From a virus: a DNA stretch of 64,000 nt. The translations under genes and the position numbers were made by a program. The DNA is taken from IMG/VR virus record IMGVR_UViG_3300045988_104912, positions 1 to 64,000 of that record, one strand, 5' to 3'. How positions within the stretch are numbered: the stretch's first letter is position 1; each line of letters opens with the position of its first letter. The notes under the pieces are model-generated. The model was not told where the DNA came from, did not search any database, and saw only the letters and a list, made by a program, of their open reading frames with translations. Positions 23,853 to 33,085 of the stretch are shown in pieces.

Positions 23853-24554
23853 ATGAGTATCCAGACGATTTCAATTCCTTGGGCATCTGATACTTCAGAT
23901 TCTATTCATCTTCAGTGGGATGATAGTAGTATTACTGGTGGGCAGCGAGTGACTCTACCTACTACTATTACATCAGATTATAACTATACTGGAGAGGATA
24001 GGGAGAAGACTGTACTTTTTCATACTACTGAGCCTAATAATATTGTTCTTAGTCCTCATAGTGATTGGGTTGCGGCAAAATTTAATGCTTCGGGCTTCGA
24101 TGCAGCTGATACTGTACTTTATCTCGATCATACAGTAATGAGAGGGAAACAGATCACTTATCGAGTAGAACTGAAGGGAGAGAACGCGCAGGCTTCGTCA
24201 CTGGGATTTGAAATCAAAGTACATTTCACGGACAACACGGATCAATGGCTTGCTCGATATGCGACACCCGATATTCCGGATAGAGGAACCTTTGAAAAGA
24301 CATACACTTTCAGTTCACAGATTCAAGATAAAGAGATCGAATATTCGCGAATGTATCCGGTATTCAGATCATTGGATGGAGGCGAAGTATCCGGAAAACT
24401 TTACATGCGATGTGAATGTGTCGCTATAGGAGATAAATTACCAGCAGGAAAAACACTTAAGATTATTCAGACATCTGATAATTTAATTATAGCTACATAT
24501 ACTGATGTATATAGTATACATTCATCTAATAAAGCTGGTTTTAAACAAAATTAA
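23853..24554 (+). CDS. fibre-block protein (233 aa) with a G+C-shifted central segment
   Basis: Ig-like N-terminus ('TISIPWASDTSDSIHLQW'). Composition shifts at about 24060-24440. Confidence 0.65.
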   Translation: MSIQTISIPWASDTSDSIHLQWDDSSITGGQRVTLPTTITSDYNYTGEDREKTVLFHTTEPNNIVLSPHSDWVAAKFNASGFDAADTVLYLDHTVMRGKQITYRVELKGENAQASSLGFEIKVHFTDNTDQWLARYATPDIPDRGTFEKTYTFSSQIQDKEIEYSRMYPVFRSLDGGEVSGKLYMRCECVAIGDKLPAGKTLKIIQTSDNLIIATYTDVYSIHSSNKAGFKQN

Positions 24555-24562
24555 TTTCAAAT

Positions 24563-26308
24563 ATGGCTAATGTTTTTAAAGATATTTCCCAGTTTACATT
24601 AAAGTCTGCAGCTACTGGTACAGAAGAATTCCAAGTTTCAGCTACAGAGAAGGTTACTGCACAACAAATTGCTGATTTGGCCCCTGCTAAGGGGGTTAAA
24701 CAAGTTGTCGTCACTAATTTTCAAACTAACACATGGACACTCAGTGACGGAGGAAGTGTTAGTTTCCCAAACGATATTAAGGTCGGCGAAATTGTCACAT
24801 TTACAAGTGCACAAGATGCAACTAATGGCCCCGGTGTTGCGTTGTTTGGTTATGCCATTAAACACAGTAGTCTGATAGCTTCGTATGTTGGCATGACAAT
24901 GAGCAATAAACTTAATGGTATACCGACGATATATACATATAAATCAGCCGGGGCGTATGCTACCGCATGGCAACAGTTACCTGATGCAAGTGTTAAAACA
25001 GTTGAAATTACTGACTTTGCAATTCCTGGACTTAATATAACTAAGGATGGGGAGAGTTTCTTATTCTATGCCAATGATGCATCTAACATCCCTAATTCTA
25101 ATCATGGAGCTATTTCATTTGTAGGTGTAGCCATTGCAAGTCCTATCTTCATAACCGGAGACCAAAGATTGCTGTATTATATGATGATAGATACAGCAAA
25201 GGCTATGTTTTATACAGGGTATGCAAATCTGGAAGATGATACTGTAACATGGAGTAATACTCCAGTTACTCGGTTAGGACAGGCCGTACAGGTTACTGCC
25301 TTTACTGAGAGCGCGTTATCTTCACTACTTTACACTTACAAAGCAGGTGATTTTATACCTTTCTACACAGGGAATGTTACGACTTCTACGGCGAACCAAT
25401 TCCCGGAGTCTGGAGTTTTCAATGGCTTTATCTCCATGGGTAGCAACGAAGGAGATTATTTCCAAATCTTTGCTTTCAAGACAGGTTCTCCCAATGCTTA
25501 CATTGGAGCTTGTATTGGTAGTACCACAAGGTGGACCCAGATAGGAGGGGGCTCAAGTAATCTTATTGTCGTAGCAGATGCAGAAAATGTAGGAGCGGTA
25601 GTAGCTGCATACAAAGGATTTGAGGGTTCGAATAAATATGGAGTATCAGTACCTATCTACATAGAAGCCACGTCCGATATTTATGATGTACTACCAGCTA
25701 TAATGGATCAGAGCTTTACAAAAGATGAATCTACTATATGCGGATATGCCCAATATGTCTACGACGGAGGAGATTATTATCACATAGGGTTAAGCCTGCT
25801 TATATATCCATCAAGTGGAGATAGTCCCAAATATAGAGCGGAGCTTGTTGTAGACAACAGCGGGGAAGTAGTTAGCAGTAGTCTTACCCCTATTAGCAGT
25901 GCACGTGCTCCCATCCCGGGATTCACTAGAATTACTTACTTGTCTGGTCAAACTGACTACTCCCTCACAAAAGGATCTATGGGCGTTATTAACTTTAGCA
26001 CTGAGGTAAATGCGAATACTATAATGTTTATAGAAGCAGAGGTCCGATCATCTGCTGCTATATCTGCTGATGTCAGATCTGTGTGTATCCCTGTCTCTTT
26101 CTTCAATCCTAAAGAAGGTGCCACACTCATGGATTTGAATACTCGTACTTTAGCTTCTGGAACCAATATTGCTCAAGTTAAGCTAAATGTTGCTTCTGTT
26201 GTCACAGGAGCTAATGGTGTACAGGGATTAAATTGTATAGTTACTTCGAACAATCTTGGAAATCCCTCTGATATTCTGAGAATAAAAGCCGTATATGCCA
26301 ATATCTAA
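24563..26308 (+). CDS. tail fibre / receptor-binding candidate (581 aa)
   Basis: Long ORF in the fibre block, followed by a strong terminator. Confidence 0.7.
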   Translation: MANVFKDISQFTLKSAATGTEEFQVSATEKVTAQQIADLAPAKGVKQVVVTNFQTNTWTLSDGGSVSFPNDIKVGEIVTFTSAQDATNGPGVALFGYAIKHSSLIASYVGMTMSNKLNGIPTIYTYKSAGAYATAWQQLPDASVKTVEITDFAIPGLNITKDGESFLFYANDASNIPNSNHGAISFVGVAIASPIFITGDQRLLYYMMIDTAKAMFYTGYANLEDDTVTWSNTPVTRLGQAVQVTAFTESALSSLLYTYKAGDFIPFYTGNVTTSTANQFPESGVFNGFISMGSNEGDYFQIFAFKTGSPNAYIGACIGSTTRWTQIGGGSSNLIVVADAENVGAVVAAYKGFEGSNKYGVSVPIYIEATSDIYDVLPAIMDQSFTKDESTICGYAQYVYDGGDYYHIGLSLLIYPSSGDSPKYRAELVVDNSGEVVSSSLTPISSARAPIPGFTRITYLSGQTDYSLTKGSMGVINFSTEVNANTIMFIEAEVRSSAAISADVRSVCIPVSFFNPKEGATLMDLNTRTLASGTNIAQVKLNVASVVTGANGVQGLNCIVTSNNLGNPSDILRIKAVYANI

Positions 26309-26310
26309 GA

Positions 26311-26338
26311 AAATCCCCCAGTTACGGGGATTTTGTTA
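26311..26338 (+). terminator. intrinsic terminator
   Basis: AAATCCCC-cagttac-GGGGATTT forms an 8-bp stem. It is followed by TTGTT. Confidence 0.8.
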
Positions 26339-26431
26339 ATGGGGCTGCATATGGCCCAAGTTACCTATTAACCGGAGTCTATAATATCTCAGGAAAGTAG
26401 TAATATTCCCTCCAAAATAGTTATAGATATT

Positions 26432-29212
26432 ATGTATCATTATATAAATGAATTTGGAAAAGTATGGGTAGGCACCAACCCCCCCCCTGAAGAAACTCTT
26501 AATATTACTTGGCTACATCCTACGACTAGTGGTTCTCCTTTGTGGGAACTACTAGCCTTTGATTGTAATCAAGATAAGTGGGTTTTAGTAGGAGGTCAGG
26601 GAGGAGATGCTCCTGAAAATTTCGAAGCTACAGTAGACCAAGTAGAGTCTACTAGCCAAGCAGACGCCTCTGTTGTATTAGACGGAAACATCTTTAAGTT
26701 CCGCTTTGGACTACCAAAGGGATCTGATGGTGCTCCCGGACCTGAAGGCCCTCCAGGAAAGAATGGAACTGATGGAAAAGATGGCGTTGACGGTAGACCA
26801 GGTAGTGATGGATCAGATGGTACTAGTATTAAGATAATGTATGCTAAGACTAGTACAGCTGATACACCTCCTGTAGTTGTTAAGGATAATGCTAACCCTG
26901 GTTCTACATGGGGTTCTGCAGTTCCTATACATACTACCTCAGAGAGTATTTGGTCTATTACAGCATCTTTCAGAGATGCTACGTTAATAGGAGAGTGGAG
27001 TGATCCTCTTCTTATGACAGGTACTAAAGGAGATAAGGGTGATAAGGGAGATCAAGGCCCTGAGGGGCCAGTAGGGCCAGCCGGAAGTGCTCCTAATTAT
27101 AAGACTTATGTTTATAAGTTAAGTAATACTAAGCCTGAGCCTCCTACTGGTACAGATCCTAATCCTGAAGGGTGGGAAGATTATCCTACTACTAGTGGTA
27201 ACTGGTGGCAGTGTATTGGTACAGTAATAGGATCTACAGGTCTTGTATCTGAATGGTCTGAAGTATTACCTGTAAATGGTCGTGATGGTACTGCTCAGGA
27301 TGGTAAATATACAGAGTTTCGCTTTGCAATAAACTTCAGTAATATTACTCCTCCTGCTCTTGATAAGACTATGAGGACTCCTACAGGATGGTCTATGACC
27401 CCTGCTGTTAAGGCTACTCAGGAGTTTATGTGGATGATTGTAGCCACAATTAATCCTGATGATACCTTATATACCAATTGGTCTACACCTACTGTTATTA
27501 GTGGTGAAGCAGGTCCTCAAGGACCTCCGGGACAAGATGGTCAAGATGGGGAACCTGGTCCTGCAGGAAATCCTGGTCCAGCTGGTAAGGATGGAGTATC
27601 AGGAATCCCTGGAGTAGGTATTGAAGTACAGTACTGTCTTGGTACGGAATCTACATATACTGGTAGTACAGATTTAGGATCTAATAGAAATCCTGATGGA
27701 TGGGATACTACTGTTCCCACAGTTACTGAAGCTAATCCTTATATATGGTTTATACAGGCTCGCATTAACTATGAAGACAATTCTGATAGAGTTGGTTCTG
27801 TAGATGGAGCATGGTCTATACCTGCTAAACTAAGTGGTACTAATGGCTTAGATGGAGCTCCTGGAACACCTGGTGCTCCTGGTTCTAAAGGTCAGATTGT
27901 TTATCCTGAAGGTATTTATAATGTAAATACTACCTATTTATGTGATGAGTATAAGGCTCCGTATGTATATGATTCTGGGGATGCTAATTACTATGTATTA
28001 AACAAAGTAGGATCTTGGCAAGGAACTTTACATAATAATGAAAGCCCTAGTACGGATACTAGTGGAAGTTGGGTTAAGCTTGAAGCATTCGAAGCTATTT
28101 ATGCTAAGATTGGTATTATTGCTAATGGTTTAATTGGCTCCGCAGTATTTAATGGAGACTACATGTTTAGTCAGCAAGGTATAGATAATGATGGAAATAT
28201 TTCTACACAATATACTCTGTTTACCCCAGACGAACCTATAGGAGGAGCGTTTACTCCAAATATAATGTTTAACTTCGCTACTGGAGCAGGTCACCTTGCA
28301 GCAGGTAAAATTAAGTTTGATGCTAATGGTACAATAGTTGCGGATTACCTGCAATTAGGTAGTAGTATATCTCAGAGTTATACGTATGCTGACAAAACTA
28401 TAGATAGTAATGCAGCTATTACTACATTTTATAGCTCTATAGGATCCGATGACACTGCATATTTTAACTTTAATTTATCTCCTGAGATAGTATCTACCTT
28501 AGAAGTTGGGAAAGCTTATAGTGGATCTATTTATAATCATTCAATATATAATCAACAAATCTCTGGTATTCATGTTCATGTAGGCGGAGATGCTCAATTT
28601 AATGATGAAGGAGATTTAAGTGATGTTGACAGTACTAGCGTGTTATTAGGACCGAATTGTGTTTTTGACTACATATATGTCGTAAACTCGATAAGTGAAG
28701 GTGTAGCATCTGGAACAGTGTTATGTCGCAATGTTGGAGATTTCACACTAACAAATAGGTTAGGAGTTGCAACTCTTGCTTCTAGAGGAGTTGGTATGTC
28801 TCTACCTTCAAATGTTATTGCTAGAGGCCGAATAACTCTTCAGGGAACAAACACGTCTAGGATATTCTTAGATTATAGAAGTATTCCAGGAATTAGTTTA
28901 ACTTTAGGTGGTACGACTCAAGAAAATACTAGATTGCTGATACAGGTAAGAGTAGTTAATAGTAGAAATGCTAATAGTTATCCATCTAAATTACAGTATA
29001 ATGGCATTGCTCGTCAAGTATTCGACACAACTAGTATGTGGACAAATACTCCTATTTGTAATGTAGGAGTATCGACTAGTAACAGTAAAGTAGATGGTAC
29101 TAATACTGGAGCATACGTTGGAATTATGATTGATCCTGGTTCGTTTGTTCCATCAACTTCTCATGAATTACTGATAGATTTTGATATACTTATAGAAAGA
29201 TATATGGCTTAA
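26432..29212 (+). CDS. collagen-like-repeat tail fibre (926 aa)
   Basis: Four G-x-y blocks, for example 'GAPGPEGPPGKNGTDGKDGVDGRPGSDGSDG' and 'GEAGPQGPPGQDGQDGEPGPAGNPGPAGKDGVSGIPG'. The N-terminus is homologous to ORF 20715. Confidence 0.85.
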   Translation: MYHYINEFGKVWVGTNPPPEETLNITWLHPTTSGSPLWELLAFDCNQDKWVLVGGQGGDAPENFEATVDQVESTSQADASVVLDGNIFKFRFGLPKGSDGAPGPEGPPGKNGTDGKDGVDGRPGSDGSDGTSIKIMYAKTSTADTPPVVVKDNANPGSTWGSAVPIHTTSESIWSITASFRDATLIGEWSDPLLMTGTKGDKGDKGDQGPEGPVGPAGSAPNYKTYVYKLSNTKPEPPTGTDPNPEGWEDYPTTSGNWWQCIGTVIGSTGLVSEWSEVLPVNGRDGTAQDGKYTEFRFAINFSNITPPALDKTMRTPTGWSMTPAVKATQEFMWMIVATINPDDTLYTNWSTPTVISGEAGPQGPPGQDGQDGEPGPAGNPGPAGKDGVSGIPGVGIEVQYCLGTESTYTGSTDLGSNRNPDGWDTTVPTVTEANPYIWFIQARINYEDNSDRVGSVDGAWSIPAKLSGTNGLDGAPGTPGAPGSKGQIVYPEGIYNVNTTYLCDEYKAPYVYDSGDANYYVLNKVGSWQGTLHNNESPSTDTSGSWVKLEAFEAIYAKIGIIANGLIGSAVFNGDYMFSQQGIDNDGNISTQYTLFTPDEPIGGAFTPNIMFNFATGAGHLAAGKIKFDANGTIVADYLQLGSSISQSYTYADKTIDSNAAITTFYSSIGSDDTAYFNFNLSPEIVSTLEVGKAYSGSIYNHSIYNQQISGIHVHVGGDAQFNDEGDLSDVDSTSVLLGPNCVFDYIYVVNSISEGVASGTVLCRNVGDFTLTNRLGVATLASRGVGMSLPSNVIARGRITLQGTNTSRIFLDYRSIPGISLTLGGTTQENTRLLIQVRVVNSRNANSYPSKLQYNGIARQVFDTTSMWTNTPICNVGVSTSNSKVDGTNTGAYVGIMIDPGSFVPSTSHELLIDFDILIERYMA

Positions 29213-29214
29213 TA

Positions 29215-29826
29215 ATGCGGTGGAAGATAATAGCAATTCAAGGATTAGTAATACTAGCTCTTGGTGGGCTATGCTTCGGAGCTTATAATAAAATTAATAG
29301 TTTACGAGAAGAAGTCTCTGTTGCATATACTAATATAAAGGCGTATGCAGCAGAGAAAGATTCTCTGACTAACGAGAATAGAGCTTTTAAGTTTACTATT
29401 GAAGAGCTTAGGCAAAGTAATGATTCTGTTAATAAAAAGTTGTTAGAAGCTAAGAAGAAGCTTAAAATCAAGGATAAGGATATTAAATATTTAGAATATC
29501 AGCTAAGTATTGCATCCAAGAAGGATAGTGTAATTTTGAGAGATACAGTATTTCAACCCAATGTGAATATTGATACTACTATTAGGGATAAGTGGTATAG
29601 TCTTCACCTAGGTTTGATGTATCCTAATAAGGTATCTATAGAACCTAAGTTTAAGAGTGAGAGATCTGTCATAGGACATCTTAAGAAAGAGACTATTAAG
29701 CCTCCGAAAAAGTTTTTCTTATGCAGATGGTTTCAACGTAAACATAAGGTTTTACTTGTAGATATAGTTGAGGGGAGTCCCTATATTTACTCCGAAACTG
29801 AGAGATATATTCAGATAATTGAATAA
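29215..29826 (+). CDS. membrane-anchored coiled-coil protein (203 aa), lysis-cassette candidate
   Basis: N-terminal TM segment 'IIAIQGLVILALGGLCFGAY' followed by a coiled coil. Adjacent to the lysin-like gene. Confidence 0.5.
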   Translation: MRWKIIAIQGLVILALGGLCFGAYNKINSLREEVSVAYTNIKAYAAEKDSLTNENRAFKFTIEELRQSNDSVNKKLLEAKKKLKIKDKDIKYLEYQLSIASKKDSVILRDTVFQPNVNIDTTIRDKWYSLHLGLMYPNKVSIEPKFKSERSVIGHLKKETIKPPKKFFLCRWFQRKHKVLLVDIVEGSPYIYSETERYIQIIE

Positions 29827-30092
29827 TGGATTGGCTAACATTACTGGGTGCTTTGGGAGTATCTAACCTACTTTCTATTATAGTTACGTGGAAATTAGGT
29901 GGTAAAAGAACTTCAGATGCTAACGCAACTCTTGTTGAAATTGAGGCTCTTGTTAAAGTGAGAGAATTTTATAGAGATGAAATAGCACGCCTCCTGAAAG
30001 TTAATGAAGAACTTCATGCAACAGTAAATGAATTGAGAGCAGAACTGAAAGAAGTTAAGGGTGAGAATTATTCTCATGCAGATATTCCTTAG
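29826..30092 (+). CDS. small TM coiled-coil protein (88 aa), holin/spanin-like candidate
   Basis: N-terminal TM segment 'LTLLGALGVSNLLSIIVTW' followed by a coiled coil. TAATG-coupled. Confidence 0.5.
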   Translation: MDWLTLLGALGVSNLLSIIVTWKLGGKRTSDANATLVEIEALVKVREFYRDEIARLLKVNEELHATVNELRAELKEVKGENYSHADIP

Positions 30093-30094
30093 TT

Positions 30095-30538
30095 ATGGAG
30101 TTACTTTTACAACGTATAGATAGACAAAATTCATATACTGGAGGTAAGTTATATGTGAATGGTGTATATGAATGTGATACTGTTGAAGATGCTGATAGAG
30201 ATCAAAATCGTAATGGCATCTTTGACAATGATGAGAAGAAAGTTATGCACGAAACTGCTATACCGAATGGGAGATATAAAATTACTTTAGTGCATTCTCC
30301 CAAGTTTAGTCCTAAGGTAAATAACAGAAATATGCCTTTGTTAAATAATGTTCCTTCATTTACAGGAATATTAATACATTGGGGAAACAGTGCATCAGAT
30401 TCATCGGGTTGTATTTTAGTAGGCAAACACTATTTAAATGGAAGAATCTCTGATAGTAAAATAACTTTCTTAGCTCTTTTAGATAAGATGGATAAGTCTG
30501 TAGCTGCTGGTGAGCAGATATGGATTACTGTTAAATAG
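30095..30538 (+). CDS. putative cell-wall peptidase / endolysin (DUF5675 or YkuD-like motif, 147 aa)
   Basis: 'GILIHWGNSASDSSGCILVG' resembles the H.G....S.GC catalytic signature of L,D-peptidase folds. Confidence 0.5.
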   Translation: MELLLQRIDRQNSYTGGKLYVNGVYECDTVEDADRDQNRNGIFDNDEKKVMHETAIPNGRYKITLVHSPKFSPKVNNRNMPLLNNVPSFTGILIHWGNSASDSSGCILVGKHYLNGRISDSKITFLALLDKMDKSVAAGEQIWITVK

Positions 30539-30593
30539 GAAATAAAGTAGTAATTATTGGTGTAATTTATTAGTGAATTTCTAAAAGTATTTT

Positions 30594-30620
30594 ATATATG
30601 AAAAAATATTCATATATTTG
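30594..30620 (+). promoter_or_regulatory. Bacteroidetes-type promoter (-7 TATATTTG), 27-nt module
   Basis: ATATATGAAAAAATATTCATATATTTG matches the module at 40074-40100 at 24 of 27 positions. Confidence 0.5.
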
Positions 30621-30673
30621 CATTAATCTATGTAAAGAGATTAACTAATTAAGATTAAAAATTTTGGAGAAGT

Positions 30674-31834
30674 ATGGAAGAAACTTTATCAATGGATTTA
30701 CTCAATGCGTTCGGAGACGACGCTATTGATATTAAAATTGAGGAGGAAGATCTGGAGTTTGGAGCTCCCGATAATGATCCTCCTACAGATACCAGTACAG
30801 ATGCGGACCCTGATCCTAATGGGATTTTTAAGGGTAAGCAAGAGGGCGGAGGTGCTGAGGATGGAGAAGGAGAAGATCCTGATCCTAGCTTAAGCGGGGA
30901 AGATACCACTAAGGACAAGGATCCTAGCGATAAAACTTCTCCCAATACACCAATACTTGCTTCCGTCGCACTGGCTTGTTACGAAGATGGTATTTTCCCG
31001 GACTTAAGCGAAGATGAAATCAAGGAGATAAAGGATAGTGAATCTTTCGCTGCAGCTTTAAAGAAGCAGATAGATGCAGGTCTAGATGCTGAGCAGAAAC
31101 GTATCCGAGATATGCTTAATGCAGGTGTTGAACCTGATGTTATTCAGCGTTATGAAGGAGCTATTCAGTATCTCTCTGATATATCTGAAGAGGAGCTTGA
31201 AGCTGAATCTGACGATGCAGAAACACTTCGTAAGAAGATTATATACAACGATTATATTAATCGTGGATTTAAGAAAGAACGTGCTCAGCGTGAAGTAGAG
31301 AGATCTATTAATGCTGGTACAGATATTGAAGATGCTAAGGCAGCTCTTGAAAGCTGTTTAGACTTCTATAAAGAAGAGTATCATTCTATTGTTGAGGAAA
31401 GAAAAGCTGCTGCTGCTGCTGCAAAAGCTGCTCAGGAGAAACAGCTTAAAGAGTTTAAAGCTAAGGTGCTAAATACTGATAAACCTTTCGATGGTATTAA
31501 CCTTGATAAGGGTACTAGAGAGAAGGTCTATAATAATATGACTAAGGCTAGTTACAAAGATGAGGATGGTCATATTATGACTCCTATTCAGAAGTATATT
31601 AGAGAGAATTCTTTGGATGCTCAATACTACCTTTCTCTAATGTATACACTTACAGACGGCTTTAAGAATATTGATAAGCTAGTTAATCAGAAGTTAACTA
31701 AAGCTAAGAAAGGAGCTTTACGAGAATTAGAGCATAAACTCAACAATACTAGAACTTTGGATGATGGTAGCGTTAACTTTAATATGGAGCCTGAGGAAGA
31801 ATCCTTTGACTTCATTGATAGAATTGACGTTTAA
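30674..31834 (+). CDS. acidic protein upstream of the capsid gene (386 aa), scaffold-like candidate
   Basis: Asp/Glu/Pro-rich N-terminus with a helical remainder. Assigned by position only. Confidence 0.55.
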   Translation: MEETLSMDLLNAFGDDAIDIKIEEEDLEFGAPDNDPPTDTSTDADPDPNGIFKGKQEGGGAEDGEGEDPDPSLSGEDTTKDKDPSDKTSPNTPILASVALACYEDGIFPDLSEDEIKEIKDSESFAAALKKQIDAGLDAEQKRIRDMLNAGVEPDVIQRYEGAIQYLSDISEEELEAESDDAETLRKKIIYNDYINRGFKKERAQREVERSINAGTDIEDAKAALESCLDFYKEEYHSIVEERKAAAAAAKAAQEKQLKEFKAKVLNTDKPFDGINLDKGTREKVYNNMTKASYKDEDGHIMTPIQKYIRENSLDAQYYLSLMYTLTDGFKNIDKLVNQKLTKAKKGALRELEHKLNNTRTLDDGSVNFNMEPEEESFDFIDRIDV

Positions 31835-31849
31835 TTAAATTAATAAATT

Positions 31850-32206
31850 ATGCAACTAGGTAAATTTCAAATGAAAGCCTTCACTTCGTGGAAAGGCTTA
31901 ACCCGAGATAACCACATCGGAGCTATTTTTGGTCGTGCACCTCAGAAAGCTACTAATATTATGGTACAGCTTCTGGCTCAGCATCGTGGTAAGAGCCTCG
32001 ATAGTTATCTCCAGAGATTCCCTGTTAAGTACTTTGAAACTGATGATGAGTACACTTGGGAAGTCATTGGCAGTTCTCGTCGTAATATTCCCCTTGTAGA
32101 GGCTCGTGATATGAGTGATCAGGTTCTTGAGAATACTGGGGATACCGAGACTTTTGCTGGTGTCAATGGGCAGCCCTTCAAGGTTGTTTTCCCCGAAGAC
32201 TGGTTT
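31850..32206 (+). CDS. major capsid protein, exon 1 (3' boundary provisional: 32206 or 32209)
   Basis: The ORF ends six codons after '...FPEDWF'. Coding of the same character resumes about 880 nt downstream. Confidence 0.65.
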
Positions 32207-33085
32207 GCTAGACCCAGTGTAGCGTAGCTACAGAAATTGGCACTTTATACAGTAATGTATATTGAAAATTGGGCAAAATCGGTGAAGGCCGCTATCTTAG
32301 TCCTACATTAAGATTGGCTAATACCGAGCTAACCTATTAAATAATATTAATAGGTAGTGTAGAGAGTAGAAGATGAACCTATGCTAGGTATTATCTACAT
32401 TATTACAAATGATATTAATAATAAAGTTTATATAGGACAAACAATTCAGGAGTTGCAGAAAAGGTGGCATAGGCATTGTCAAAAATCTTGTTCTAAAGCT
32501 GAAAGGAGAATGGCTATTAAACAAGCTATTTTAAAATATGGTAAAGAACATTTTAAGATTCAAGAATTATGTAAATGCCCTGTTGAAGAATTAAATGATA
32601 AAGAAATTTATTATATCAATTTATACAATTCTTACAAAAAAGGTTATAACTCTACCATCGGAGGACAATCTTCAACAAAGCCTTTAAAGTTAATTTCAGA
32701 ACAAGAACCTATAATAGAGCTTTATAAATTAGGATTTTCTCTAAGAGAAATTGCTAATGAATATCAAGTAGATAAAGAAACCATTAAACATATTATTGAG
32801 ATAAATAACATTCCATTTAGGACGACTAGAACTTATAAGTTTTCTGCAGAAGATAGATTAAGTATTTTAGATGCATATAATAATGGAGTTTCTAGAAAGC
32901 AGATTATGAATGAATGGAATATTTCAAAAAGTTATTTATCTCAACTAATAAGTGGAAAGCGTAGAATATAATTCTTCCAAGAGTGTCCAGATCCTATATG
33001 TTAATAGGATTAAAATGTACTCCGAACTATAGAGATAGTAAATCTATAGAGCTAGAGGATAAAGAGCCTCTAGGATAACAAATTG
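32207..33085 (+). mobile_element. group I intron candidate carrying a GIY-YIG endonuclease gene
   Basis: A P1 candidate with U.G at 32206 and a terminal G at 33085. Hairpin-rich flanks. Shares AATTGGGCAA and an ...ATTG 3' end with the intron at 61928-62840. Confidence 0.65.
32381..32971 (+). CDS. intron-encoded GIY-YIG homing endonuclease (196 aa)
   Basis: 'GIIYIITNDINNKVYIGQT' provides GIY...YIG. The C-terminus is HTH-like ('ISKSYLSQLISGKRR'). Confidence 0.85.
   Translation: MLGIIYIITNDINNKVYIGQTIQELQKRWHRHCQKSCSKAERRMAIKQAILKYGKEHFKIQELCKCPVEELNDKEIYYINLYNSYKKGYNSTIGGQSSTKPLKLISEQEPIIELYKLGFSLREIANEYQVDKETIKHIIEINNIPFRTTRTYKFSAEDRLSILDAYNNGVSRKQIMNEWNISKSYLSQLISGKRRI

Noticed and set aside
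18996-29212. Diversity-generating retroelement (template/variable repeat pair) in the fibre block
   Set aside because: No reverse-transcriptase-like ORF lies in the window. By eye there is no near-identical DNA repeat pair with adenine-specific differences. The fibre paralogues differ mostly at synonymous sites.
30655-30945. 96-aa minus-strand Ser/Pro/Gly-rich ORF, plus small plus-strand ORFs at 30705 and 31086
   Set aside because: These are the mirror image or alternative frames of the acidic repeat-like 5' part of ORF 30674..31834.
31404-31425. (GCT)n microsatellite
   Set aside because: This is a short in-frame poly-Ala ('KAAAAAAKAA') in a helical protein, with no sign of a regulatory role.
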